A DNA stretch of 64,000 bases. Source: an uncultured Chloroflexia bacterium (lineage in GTDB: Bacteria > Chloroflexota > Limnocylindria > Limnocylindrales > CSP1-4). Numbering within the stretch: the stretch's first letter is position 1; each line of letters starts with the position of its first letter. The stretch lies in NCBI GenBank assembly GCA_963752475.1, contig CAVVYR010000007.1:256001-320000 (forward strand), read 5' to 3'. The notes beneath the pieces were generated by a model, which did not search any database, was not told the DNA's origin, and was given only the letters and a program-made list of their open reading frames with translations. Position numbers and translations under genes: made by a program. This document shows, piece by piece, positions 40,384 to 49,879 of this stretch.

Positions 40384-42405
40384 ATGCCAGCTCTCGGTCG
40401 CACCGACAGCCGGCTACGCATGGTGGCCATCCTCCTCGTGTTCGCCGTCATCGGCACAGCCGCCGGGCTGCGCCTGGGCTACTGGCAGGTCGTCGCCTCC
40501 GACGAGCTGACGGCCCAGATCGATGAGGTCAAGGCACGCAGCGAGGCCGCGTCGCAGAAGGTCGTGCGGGCCGACATCGTGGATCGCGATGGCGTGGTCC
40601 TGGCCAAGACCTCGTCGTTCGACAAGCTCGTGGCCTACCCCGACATCATCGTCGCTGACGACCTCGAGCCGGCCGTGGAACTGCTCGCGGCGTTGCTCGA
40701 CCTCGACACTCGCCGGCGCCTCGAGTACGTGGACATCCTGACCAAGGGTCTCGAGGACGGATCGCGTTTCGTCACGCTCGACACCAAGCTTTCGCTGGCC
40801 CAGAGCGAGAAGGTGCGTGACGCGATGGAGGATAGGCTCCTGCCGGGATATGGGCTCGAGGCCATGGACGTGCGCTACTACCCGCGCAAGGGCGGCGAGC
40901 CAAACACCTCGCTCGCGAGCCACATCCTGGGCTTCGTCCGTGCCGACGGCCGTGGCGGCGAGGGCGTCGAGCGCTACTACGACGAGGAGCTCACGACGGT
41001 CGACCCCGAGCTCGTGGACCTGGCCACGCTCGACGGCACGGCCGTCACGCTTCGCGGCATCGAGCCTGATCCGCTGCGGCTGACCATCGACGCCAAGCTC
41101 CAGCGGGCCATGGAGAAGGAGCTCCACACCGCGTATCTCGCGAACCAGGCCGAGAGCGCCAGCGCCATCGTCATGGACCCGCACACAGGCGCCATCCTCG
41201 CGGCGGCCACGGTGCCGGCCTACGATGCCGAGGACTACGCGGCCATCGCCAACGACGACATGAGCACGCTCGTGAACCGCGTCTTCCAGCACGCGTACGA
41301 GCCCGGTTCGGTGATGAAGATCTTCACCGCCACGGCCGCGCTCGACCTGGGGCTGGTCACGCTCAACACGGTCATCAAGGATCAGCGCGAGCTCGAGTTC
41401 TGGAAGTACACGGTACGCAACGCCGATCACAAGTCGAAGGGCAACCTGAAGGTCAAGGACGTCATCGCCCTCTCGCGGAACGTAGCCACGGCCAAGATCG
41501 CGCGCAAGCTGGGGCCCAACAACACGCAGAAGGCCGCCAAGCGGCTCTACAACCTGTGGGACAAGGTGGGCATGACCGGCCGCACCGGTGTCGACATCTC
41601 AGGCGAGGCCAGCGGCGCCTGGTACGACCCCAGGGACTACCAGTGGGCGCCGGTCGACCTGGCCAACCGCGCCTTCGGCCAGGGCGTGTCGGTGACGTTG
41701 CCACAGCTGGCCCGCGGCTTCTCGACCATCATCAACGGCGGCTTCCTGGTGCAGCCGCATTTCAACTCCGACACCGACGACGCCCTGGCTGAGCCCGAGC
41801 GGGTGCTCAAGGCCAAGACCGCCAAGCAGGGGCGGGAGATCCTGCAGCACGTCACCGGCTCGGTGCCGTGGTACGCGAAGGGCTCGCTCATCCCCGGCTA
41901 CGAGATCGGCGGCAAGACCGGCACGGCCCAGATCTGGGACGTCAAGAAGGGCCAGTGGAAGGAGCGGCGCTTCAACCACAGCTTCATCGGCTACGTCGGC
42001 GGCAGGCACCAGGAGTACGTCATCGCGGTGCGGCTGGAGGAACCCAAGCCGATCAAGATCGAGCAGGGTGCCATCCCGCTGCGCATCGAGTCCTACGAAC
42101 TCTTCCAGATGATCGCGCGTTCGACCATCAAGCAGATGAAGATGAAGAAGTCCAAGGACCCCAGAGCCGGGCTACCCATCCTCGGCACCGACGCCGCCAA
42201 GAAGCTGAGCCCCGTTCGCAACCGCGCCGTCGTCCAGAACGCCCAGGAGCAGGCCTCCGTGGAGAGGACATCGGCTCCTGCGGGCAAGAAGCAGACGACC
42301 AAGAAGCAGTCCGCGAGCGGACCGGCAGCCTCGGTCGGCCGGAACGTGCAGTCCGCCGGCATGCCCGTCGCGACGGAACCACCCGCCTCCGATCAGGGCA
42401 CGTAG
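40384..42405 (+). CDS. ftsI: class B penicillin-binding protein (FtsI/SpoVD-like)
   Basis: TM, RADIVDRDG, RYYP, SVMK, SRN and KTGT; no PASTA domains. Confidence 0.9.
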   Translation: MPALGRTDSRLRMVAILLVFAVIGTAAGLRLGYWQVVASDELTAQIDEVKARSEAASQKVVRADIVDRDGVVLAKTSSFDKLVAYPDIIVADDLEPAVELLAALLDLDTRRRLEYVDILTKGLEDGSRFVTLDTKLSLAQSEKVRDAMEDRLLPGYGLEAMDVRYYPRKGGEPNTSLASHILGFVRADGRGGEGVERYYDEELTTVDPELVDLATLDGTAVTLRGIEPDPLRLTIDAKLQRAMEKELHTAYLANQAESASAIVMDPHTGAILAAATVPAYDAEDYAAIANDDMSTLVNRVFQHAYEPGSVMKIFTATAALDLGLVTLNTVIKDQRELEFWKYTVRNADHKSKGNLKVKDVIALSRNVATAKIARKLGPNNTQKAAKRLYNLWDKVGMTGRTGVDISGEASGAWYDPRDYQWAPVDLANRAFGQGVSVTLPQLARGFSTIINGGFLVQPHFNSDTDDALAEPERVLKAKTAKQGREILQHVTGSVPWYAKGSLIPGYEIGGKTGTAQIWDVKKGQWKERRFNHSFIGYVGGRHQEYVIAVRLEEPKPIKIEQGAIPLRIESYELFQMIARSTIKQMKMKKSKDPRAGLPILGTDAAKKLSPVRNRAVVQNAQEQASVERTSAPAGKKQTTKKQSASGPAASVGRNVQSAGMPVATEPPASDQGT

Positions 42406-42446
42406 GGGTGACGGGATGGACGTCGGTGCGTGATGAGGCGAGGCGG

Positions 42447-43892
42447 ATGACACCAGACGCGGCGTCGATGAACGACGCCGCGACGCGATTCGATGCGCCC
42501 TCGCTCGCAGCCGCAGCCGACGGCCGACTCCTGATGGCGGGAGGAGCTGCCATCAGCGGTGGCGCCATCGACTCGCGTCTGGTGACCGAGGGCGTGGTCT
42601 TCTTCGCCCTGCCGGGCGAGCGCACTGACGGCCATGCGTTCCTGGAGCAGGCCGTGGAGGCGGGCGCGGCAGCGCTCGTGGTCAGCGACGAGCTGACGCC
42701 GGTGCGCATCGAGTCCCTCAGCGCCGATGGGCGCGTCACGATCGTGCGCGTAGCGGACACCAAGGTCGCGCTGCGGGCCGTCTCGGCCGCCTACCGCGAC
42801 CGCTTCACGCCGCTCGTCGTGGGCATCACCGGCTCGCTGGCCAAGACCTCGACCAAGGAGCAGATCGCCGAGGTCCTCGAGGAGGGCTTCGAGGTCCTGC
42901 GCAACCCGGCCAACTGGAACAACGAGATCGGCCTGCCCATGACGCTCCTGCGCCTGCGTCCCGAGCATCAGGTCGCGGTCCTCGAGATGGGCCTCTACAC
43001 CACCGGCGAGATCGCCCTCCTCGCGCGCCTGGCGCGACCGTCGGTCGGCGTGGTCACGGCCGTGCGCGGTGTACACCTCTCACGCGCCGGCTCCATCGAG
43101 GCCATCGAGACCGGCAAGCGCGAGCTGGTCGAGGCGCTGCCGGCCGACGGCTGGGCCATCCTCAACGCCGACGACGATCGCGTCCGCCGCATGGCCGATC
43201 ACACCGCTGCCGGTGTGCGCACCTACGGCTTCGCCGACGATGCCGACGTCCGCGCCACCAACGTCGTCTCGCTGGGCACCGAGGGCATGCGCTTCACGCT
43301 GCACATCGATGGCGAGGCCTACGAGGTCAGCACGCCCGTCCTCGGTCGGCACGGCGTGCACAACGCGCTGGCCGCGGTGGCCGTGGCGGAGCGTGCCGGC
43401 ATGGACATCGCCGAGGTCATCAGCGGGCTGGCACGGCCGCTCCGGATGCCCCACCGCTCGCAACTCGTGACGGCCGGTCCGTGGCGCATCCTCGACGACT
43501 CCTACAACGCGTCTCCTGACGCTGTCCTGGCAGCTCTGGACCTCCTCTCAGAGCTGCCGGGGCGGCACTTCGCGGTGCTCGGAGAGATGCTCGAGCTGGG
43601 TGACAGCGCCGAGGCCGAGCATCGTCGTGTCGGCGAGTACGCCGCGGCCGTCGCCGACGGGCTGGTCGTCGTGGGCGAAGGCGCGCGCGGCATCGCGGAC
43701 GCCGCGGTCGAGCGTGGCCTCGATGCCGACCGCGTTCACATGGCCGCCGATCGCGAGGAGGCGCTCGCGATGCTGCTGGCACAGCTGCAAGGGGGTGACT
43801 CGGTCCTCGTCAAGGCCTCACGTGGGGCTGCGCTCGACCTTCTCGTCGAGCGCCTGGTGCTGGCCGCTGAGGCAGCAGGGGGGAGCGCATGA
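42447..43892 (+). CDS. murF: UDP-MurNAc-tripeptide--D-Ala-D-Ala ligase
   Basis: DSR, DGH, NNEIGLP, DDSYNA, GEMLELG and KASRG. Confidence 0.95.
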   Translation: MTPDAASMNDAATRFDAPSLAAAADGRLLMAGGAAISGGAIDSRLVTEGVVFFALPGERTDGHAFLEQAVEAGAAALVVSDELTPVRIESLSADGRVTIVRVADTKVALRAVSAAYRDRFTPLVVGITGSLAKTSTKEQIAEVLEEGFEVLRNPANWNNEIGLPMTLLRLRPEHQVAVLEMGLYTTGEIALLARLARPSVGVVTAVRGVHLSRAGSIEAIETGKRELVEALPADGWAILNADDDRVRRMADHTAAGVRTYGFADDADVRATNVVSLGTEGMRFTLHIDGEAYEVSTPVLGRHGVHNALAAVAVAERAGMDIAEVISGLARPLRMPHRSQLVTAGPWRILDDSYNASPDAVLAALDLLSELPGRHFAVLGEMLELGDSAEAEHRRVGEYAAAVADGLVVVGEGARGIADAAVERGLDADRVHMAADREEALAMLLAQLQGGDSVLVKASRGAALDLLVERLVLAAEAAGGSA

Positions 43893-44878
43893 TCGGCGGC
43901 GAGTCCATCGTCTACGGCGTCCTTGTCTCGTTCGCCATCGTGGTCGTGCTCATGCCGGCGTTCATCCGGCTGCTCAAGCGTGTGGGCATGGGCAAGCGCA
44001 TCCGCCTCGAGGGGCCGCAGACGCACTACACCAAGGAAGGCACGCCGGCCATGGGCGGCCTGCTCATCGTGCTCGTGGTCCTGGGCATCGCGGGCGTCAT
44101 CGAGCTCATGACCGGCAACTTCCTCGACGGCTCCACCATCGCGCCACTGGCCACGCTGGCGCTGGTGGGTGGGCTGGGCACGGTCGACGACTGGCTCAAC
44201 GCCCGCACTGGCGACGGCATCAGCGCGACCCAGAAGCTGCTGTGGCAGACGGTCGTGGCCGGGGCTGCGGCGTGGCAGATCCAGAACACCTATGGCATCG
44301 ACCAGCTGGCGGTGCCGTTCGTCGGCGCGGTCGACATCCACCCGTCCCTGTTCATCCTCATCGCGGCCTTCGCTATCGTGGCCACGAGCAACGCGGTCAA
44401 CATCACCGACGGCCTCGACGGCCTCGCAGGCGGCACGCTCATCTTCGCCTTCGTGGGCTACATGATCATCGCCTACACCTTCGGTCAGCCCAACCTGGCC
44501 GAGGTCTGCGCGCTCATCATCGGCGCCCTCCTCGCGTTCCTCTGGTTCAACGTCCACCCGGCGCAGATCTTCATGGGTGACTCCGGCTCGCTTGCGCTGG
44601 GCGCCACGCTGGCGGTCACCGCCGTGATCTCGGGCCAGGTCCTGCTGCTGCCGCTGATCGGCCTCATCTTCGCGGTCGAGACCCTCTCGGTCATCCTGCA
44701 GGTGGCCTCGGTGAAGCTCCGCGGCAAGCGCATCTTCAGGATGTCGCCGCTGCATCACCACTTCGAGCTGTCAGGCTGGGATGAGGAGAAGATCACCCTC
44801 CGCTTCTGGATCATCGGCGCCCTTTCGGCACTCATCGGCGTGGCCTTCTACATGGCCACCGTCGGGCTCCTGAATTGA
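43889..44878 (+). CDS. mraY: phospho-MurNAc-pentapeptide transferase
   Basis: GTPAMGG, NITDGLDGL, FMGDSGS and PLHHHFE. Confidence 0.97.
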   Translation: MIGGESIVYGVLVSFAIVVVLMPAFIRLLKRVGMGKRIRLEGPQTHYTKEGTPAMGGLLIVLVVLGIAGVIELMTGNFLDGSTIAPLATLALVGGLGTVDDWLNARTGDGISATQKLLWQTVVAGAAAWQIQNTYGIDQLAVPFVGAVDIHPSLFILIAAFAIVATSNAVNITDGLDGLAGGTLIFAFVGYMIIAYTFGQPNLAEVCALIIGALLAFLWFNVHPAQIFMGDSGSLALGATLAVTAVISGQVLLLPLIGLIFAVETLSVILQVASVKLRGKRIFRMSPLHHHFELSGWDEEKITLRFWIIGALSALIGVAFYMATVGLLN

Positions 44879-46356
44879 CGGCGATGGAGACCCCACCGGC
44901 GTCCGCCATCGATCTGGAGGGACTGGGCCTGGAGGCCTTCCGCGACCAGCCGGTGGCCGTGCTCGGGTTGGCGCGCAGCGGCACCGCCCTGACGCGCTTC
45001 CTGGCCGACCACGGGGCCCGGGTCACCGTCTATGACACCCGCACCGCCGACCAGTTGGCCGACGCCATCGCTGGGCTCGGCGACCGACAGCTCCGCTTGC
45101 TGTTGGGTCCCGATGTCGATCCGGCCGAGGCGCTCGCGGGCCAGGCGCTCATCTGCACCTCGCCCTCGGTCAGCAGCCGCTATCCCACGACCGAGCCGCG
45201 CCTGCGCGCCGCGCTCGCCGCGGTCGAGGCCGAGGGGCGGGTCGCGGTGGTCAGCGAGGTCGACCTCTTCCTGCGCCTGTGCCCCGCGGCCACCGTCGGT
45301 GTCACCGGCACCAAGGGCAAGACCACGACCTCATCGCTCACGGCCGCGGTCCTCGCCGCCGGCGAGCCGCCCGTCCTGCTCGGCGGCAACATCGGGGTCC
45401 CGCTCATCGAGCGCCTGCCGGAGCTGACCTCGAACCATCGCGTGGTGCTTGAGCTCTCGGAGCTGCAGCTGCCCACGCTCTCGCGCGGCACCGACATCGC
45501 GGTCTACACCCACGTCACCTCCGATCACCTCGATCGCCACGGCTCCCTCGAGGCCTATCGCGCGGTCAAGCAGCGGCTGGTCGAGCTGCTGCCGACCGGC
45601 GGCGTGCTCGTGCGCAACGACGACGACCCGGTGGTCTCGGCATACGCCGCGCCCGAGCGCGCTCGCACGGTCACCTATGCCCGATCCGCTCCCGAAGCCG
45701 CGTCGGTGGGCATCGCCGATGACTGGGTCGTGGCCGGCTCGGCCATGGTTCCTGCGGGGCACGACGGCCGGGTCCTGCCACTGGCCGACATCCCCATCCC
45801 CGGAGAGCACAACGTCTCCAACGTGCTCGCGGCGGTGGCCGTGGGCCTGCTCTACGGCGTGGTGCCCGACGCCATCGCCGACGCGGTGCGCGGGTTCGGC
45901 GGCGTCGAGCATCGGCTCGAACGCGTCGACGAGATCGCCGGCGTGACCTACATCAACGACTCCCAGGGTACGCAGCCCGACGCCGTCATCGCGGCCGTTC
46001 GTGCCTTCGAGCAGCCGCTCGTGCTCATCGCCGGCGGTCGCTCCAAGGGGAACCCCATCGAGTCACTCGCGGCAGCCGTCGCGGAACGTGCCACGGCCGC
46101 GGTGCTCATCGGCGAGACGGCCGAGGAGCTGGCCGCTGCCTTCAGCGCGGCAGGGCTCGAGCGCATCGAGCGTGCCGGCTCCATGGACGACGCGGTCGCC
46201 CTGGCCACCAGGATCGCGGGCGAGGCGACACCGGCGACCGTGCTGCTGAGTCCGGCTGCCGCTTCGTTCGACATGTTCATCGACTACGAGGCTCGCGGAC
46301 GGGCCTTCAAGGCTGCCGTGGCCGCGATCGCTGTCCCGGGGGAGGGGACCCGATGA
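44875..46356 (+). CDS. murD: UDP-MurNAc-L-Ala--D-Glu ligase
   Basis: GLARSG, GTKGKTTT, GGNIG, DHLDRH, HRLE and LLSPAAASFDMF. Confidence 0.95.
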   Translation: MTAMETPPASAIDLEGLGLEAFRDQPVAVLGLARSGTALTRFLADHGARVTVYDTRTADQLADAIAGLGDRQLRLLLGPDVDPAEALAGQALICTSPSVSSRYPTTEPRLRAALAAVEAEGRVAVVSEVDLFLRLCPAATVGVTGTKGKTTTSSLTAAVLAAGEPPVLLGGNIGVPLIERLPELTSNHRVVLELSELQLPTLSRGTDIAVYTHVTSDHLDRHGSLEAYRAVKQRLVELLPTGGVLVRNDDDPVVSAYAAPERARTVTYARSAPEAASVGIADDWVVAGSAMVPAGHDGRVLPLADIPIPGEHNVSNVLAAVAVGLLYGVVPDAIADAVRGFGGVEHRLERVDEIAGVTYINDSQGTQPDAVIAAVRAFEQPLVLIAGGRSKGNPIESLAAAVAERATAAVLIGETAEELAAAFSAAGLERIERAGSMDDAVALATRIAGEATPATVLLSPAAASFDMFIDYEARGRAFKAAVAAIAVPGEGTR

Positions 46357-47834
46357 TGGAGGCCCTGCGCTTCCCTTGGGACGACGACAGGCGGCGCGAG
46401 GTCGCGCCCAGCGCCTTCCGGCCGCGCTCGCGCCGCAAGTCGAGCCGCTCACAGGCCAGCCGCCAGCCACGCAAGCCTTCGACCCGACGCCGGCCCAGTG
46501 TCTCGCGCACCGCCGCCACCCTGCCCCTGCCCGAGGCGACGACGCGGGTGGGCACCAGTCACGCCTCTCGCGAGGCTGCGCGCGACCGCACGGCCGGACG
46601 TGTGGTCAAGGGCCCGCAGCGCGAGCGCCACGAGCCCGACTACGTGCTCATGGCCGTGGCCGCGGCGCTCTCGGCCATCGGCATCCTCATGGTCTATTCC
46701 AGCGGCGGCCACAGCGCCGCGCTCGAGGGCAGCGTCTTCGATGCTGTCAGCGAGCAGCTCGGCTGGGGCCTGCTCGGCGGTCTCGTGCTCTTCCTCATGA
46801 TGCGCATCGACTACCGCTACTGGCGCTCGTTCTCGATCCTCGGCATCGCCATCTCGATCGTGTTGCTGATCCTCGTGATCGGACCCAGCCTCCCGCCGCT
46901 ACTTCAACCCATCGACGCCAACGGCGCCACGCGCTGGTTGAAGATCGGCGGCCTGCCCTCGTTCCAGCCGACCGAGATCGCCAAGATCGCGCTGGTCATC
47001 TTCCTGGCCCACTGGCTCAGCCTCAAGGGCAAGTCGGTCGGCTCGTTCCGAGGCGGGCTCGTCCCGTTCGTGCTGCTCATCTCGGTCTTCGCGGGACTGA
47101 TCCTGCTGGAGCCCGACCTGGGCACGACCGGCGTTATCGTGCTCACCGCCTTCACCATGTTCTTCGTCGCCGGCTGCAGCATCTGGCAGCTGATGCTGAT
47201 GCTCCCGCTGGGTGTCGCGGCCGTGGCCGGCGTGGTCCTGATGAAGCCGTACATGCTCCAGCGCGTGACGATCTTCCTCGATCCGTTCGCCGATCCGGCC
47301 AACGCCGGTTACCAGACCGTGCGCGGCATCTACTCGCTGGCCTACGGCGGCATCACCGGCAAGGGCCTCGGCGTCAGCCAGCAGCCGGCCGGCCTCTCGG
47401 TCCCGGCCGCGGAGAACGACTTCATCTTCGCCGTCGTGGGCCAGGAGTTCGGCCTCTTCGGCGGGCTCCTCGTCATCGGCCTCTTCCTCGTGCTCGCCTG
47501 GCGAGGCATGCAGGTGGCCATGAACGCACCCGACACGTTCGGCGGCCTGATGGCCCTGGGCATCACCGCCTGGCTCACCTTCCAGGCCTTCATCAACATC
47601 GCCGTGGTCGTGAGCCTCATCCCCATGACCGGCATGCCGTTGCCGTTCCTGAGCAAGGGCGGGACCTCGCTCGTGGTCGTTCTCGCGGCCGTCGGTATCC
47701 TTCTATCCATCTCCCGAGAGACCGTTACCCGAGGTGCCAGCGCGCATGAGGATCCTCATCGCAGCCGGGGGCACCGGCGGCCACATCTATCCCGCCCTGG
47801 CCGTCGTGACCCAGCTGCAGACTCGCCAGCCTGA
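46353..47834 (+). CDS. ftsW: SEDS peptidoglycan glycosyltransferase
   Basis: NGATRW, FQPTEIAK, EPDLGT, NDFIFAV and PFLSKGGTS; long basic N-terminal extension. Confidence 0.93.
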   Translation: MMEALRFPWDDDRRREVAPSAFRPRSRRKSSRSQASRQPRKPSTRRRPSVSRTAATLPLPEATTRVGTSHASREAARDRTAGRVVKGPQRERHEPDYVLMAVAAALSAIGILMVYSSGGHSAALEGSVFDAVSEQLGWGLLGGLVLFLMMRIDYRYWRSFSILGIAISIVLLILVIGPSLPPLLQPIDANGATRWLKIGGLPSFQPTEIAKIALVIFLAHWLSLKGKSVGSFRGGLVPFVLLISVFAGLILLEPDLGTTGVIVLTAFTMFFVAGCSIWQLMLMLPLGVAAVAGVVLMKPYMLQRVTIFLDPFADPANAGYQTVRGIYSLAYGGITGKGLGVSQQPAGLSVPAAENDFIFAVVGQEFGLFGGLLVIGLFLVLAWRGMQVAMNAPDTFGGLMALGITAWLTFQAFINIAVVVSLIPMTGMPLPFLSKGGTSLVVVLAAVGILLSISRETVTRGASAHEDPHRSRGHRRPHLSRPGRRDPAADSPA

Positions 47835-48891
47835 TCTCCACCTGCGCTGGCTGGGCGGACGCCGTGGCCTCGAATCGGAGATCGTGCCCGCCGCGGACAT
47901 CCGCCTCGACCGGCTATGGCTGCGGTCGCTGCGCACCGTCGATGCTTCGCTGAACACGATCCTCGACCCGCTGCGCCTGGGGGCATCGGTGCCCCAGGCC
48001 ATCTGGAAGCTCATCCGCTGGCGGCCGGACGTCATCTACACCACCGGTGGCTACGTGGCCATCCCGGTGCTGGCCGCGGCCGCGCTGCTGCGGATCCCCA
48101 CGCTGCTGTGGGAGGGCAATGAGACCCCCGGTCGCAGCGTGCGCCTGTCGGCTCGGATGGCCACGCTGCGGTCCGTCTCCTACGCCGTCACCAGGGACCG
48201 GCTGCCGGCCCCGACGTTCGTCACCGGCACGCCCATCCGTGATCTCGGTGGTGGCGACAAGGCCGCGGCCCGCTCGCGGCTGGGCCTGCCGGGCGATGTG
48301 CCCGTGATGCTCATCTTCGGTGGGTCGCAGGCCGTGCGCCGTCTCAGCGACGCGGTGGCCGGATCGATCGGCGACCTCGTCGATCGCTGTTGCGTCGTGC
48401 ACATCACCGGCAGCGCGGCCATCGACGAGGCCGAGGCGCTGCGCGCGACGTTGCCGCAGGACCGACAGGAGCGTTACCGGCCCTTCGCCTTCCTGCACGA
48501 GGACATGGACGCCGCGGTGACCTCGGCCGACCTGCTCATCGGTCGGGCCGGGTCCTCGACACTGGCGGAGGCTACCGCTGCCGGACTGCCCATGGTGGTG
48601 GTGCCGTATCCGCACGCCGCGGCTCACCAGAAGGCCAACGCGGCCGAGATGGTCGACGCTGGGGCGGCCATCCTCATCGACGACGAGAACCTCGATGGCG
48701 GCACGCTGCTCGAGGCCTGCGACCTGCTGTACGACGACCGTCTGGCCGAGATGTCCGAGGCGGCCCTGCGTATCGCGCGACCCGGGGCTGCCGCTGCCGG
48801 CGTCCGGCTGCTGGAGGTCCTCGCCGCCGGCGAGCCCCTGCCCACGCAGGACGAGCTCGACGTCCTGACGCGCAGCGCGAGCGGCACATGA
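47746..48891 (+). CDS. murG: lipid II GlcNAc transferase
   Basis: GGTGGHIYP, TGGYV, GGSQ, RAGSST and HQKANA. Confidence 0.95.
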   Translation: MRILIAAGGTGGHIYPALAVVTQLQTRQPDLHLRWLGGRRGLESEIVPAADIRLDRLWLRSLRTVDASLNTILDPLRLGASVPQAIWKLIRWRPDVIYTTGGYVAIPVLAAAALLRIPTLLWEGNETPGRSVRLSARMATLRSVSYAVTRDRLPAPTFVTGTPIRDLGGGDKAAARSRLGLPGDVPVMLIFGGSQAVRRLSDAVAGSIGDLVDRCCVVHITGSAAIDEAEALRATLPQDRQERYRPFAFLHEDMDAAVTSADLLIGRAGSSTLAEATAAGLPMVVVPYPHAAAHQKANAAEMVDAGAAILIDDENLDGGTLLEACDLLYDDRLAEMSEAALRIARPGAAAAGVRLLEVLAAGEPLPTQDELDVLTRSASGT

Positions 48892-49844
48892 GGCGCCTGA
48901 CACACGACGAGCAGCTCAAGCTCGGCGGCGACATCCAAAGGCGCCTGGGTATCAAGACCTCACGCGATGAGCCGCTGGAGCGGTTCTCGACGATGCGCGT
49001 CGGTGGCCCGGCCGACCTCTTCGCCGAGGTGCGCAACCTCTTCGAGCTGCGCGGCATCGTGCGCTTCGCCCGCCAGCGCGACATCCCGCTGTTCCTCATC
49101 GGCCGCGGCTCCGACCTCGTCATCAGCGACGCCGGTATCGGCGGCCTGGTCGTGGTCGTGCGTGCCGCGGGCCTGCGCGTCACAGACGAGCGTGTCAGTG
49201 CGGAGGCCGGCGTGCAGATGGCCAAGCTGGCCACCATCGGCAAGCAGAACGGGCTCTCCGGTCTCGAGTTCGGGCTAGCCATCCCAGGCTCGGTCGGTGG
49301 CGCCGTGTGGGCCAACGCCGGCGCCCACGGCTCGGATGTCAGCGGCGTGCTCACCACCGCCCTCGTCGTCGACGCCGAGGGCGAGGAGCGAAAGCTCGGA
49401 CCCGACGAGCTGGGCATGGCCTATCGTGAAACGCGCCTGAAGCACAGTGTCCCGGGCCGGCCCGACGTCGTACTCGAGGCGTCGTTCGCACTGCAGCCCG
49501 CCGAAGCCGATACCATCGCCGAGCGCCTCGCCGCCATCCGTCGCTGGCGCCAGGAGCATCAACCGATCGGCCAGAAGTCGGCCGGTAGCGTCTTCCGCAA
49601 TCCCGAGGGGGACTCGGCCGGGCGCCTCATCGACGAGCTCGGGCTCAAGGAGCACCGCGTGGGCGGCGCCCAGGTGAGCCCCAAGCACGCCAACTTCATC
49701 GTCAACACCGGTGGCGCCACCGCTGCCGACGTGCGCGCGCTGGGCGACCACGTTCGCGAGACCGTGCGTCGTGAGCGCGGGATCGATCTGGCCTACGAGG
49801 TCGAGTTCGTCGGCGACTGGCCAGCCCAGGAGGAGGGGACATGA
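48888..49844 (+). CDS. murB: UDP-N-acetylmuramate dehydrogenase
   Basis: RVGGPAD, IPGSVGGA, NAGA, SAGSVFRNP and HANFIVN. Confidence 0.95.
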   Translation: MRRLTHDEQLKLGGDIQRRLGIKTSRDEPLERFSTMRVGGPADLFAEVRNLFELRGIVRFARQRDIPLFLIGRGSDLVISDAGIGGLVVVVRAAGLRVTDERVSAEAGVQMAKLATIGKQNGLSGLEFGLAIPGSVGGAVWANAGAHGSDVSGVLTTALVVDAEGEERKLGPDELGMAYRETRLKHSVPGRPDVVLEASFALQPAEADTIAERLAAIRRWRQEHQPIGQKSAGSVFRNPEGDSAGRLIDELGLKEHRVGGAQVSPKHANFIVNTGGATAADVRALGDHVRETVRRERGIDLAYEVEFVGDWPAQEEGT

Positions 49845-49879
49845 CCGCCATCTGCATCGAGCTGGGCACGAGCGCATGA
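49841..49879 (+). CDS. 12-codon bridging mini-ORF MTAICIELGTSA
   Basis: AGGAGGAGG RBS; ATGA overlaps with both the murB stop and the ddl start. Confidence 0.45.
   Translation: MTAICIELGTSA

Noticed and set aside
47746-47834. 89-nt ftsW/murG overlap
   Set aside because: The FtsW tail is just the alternative-frame reading of the murG start; such overlaps are common in high-GC operons.
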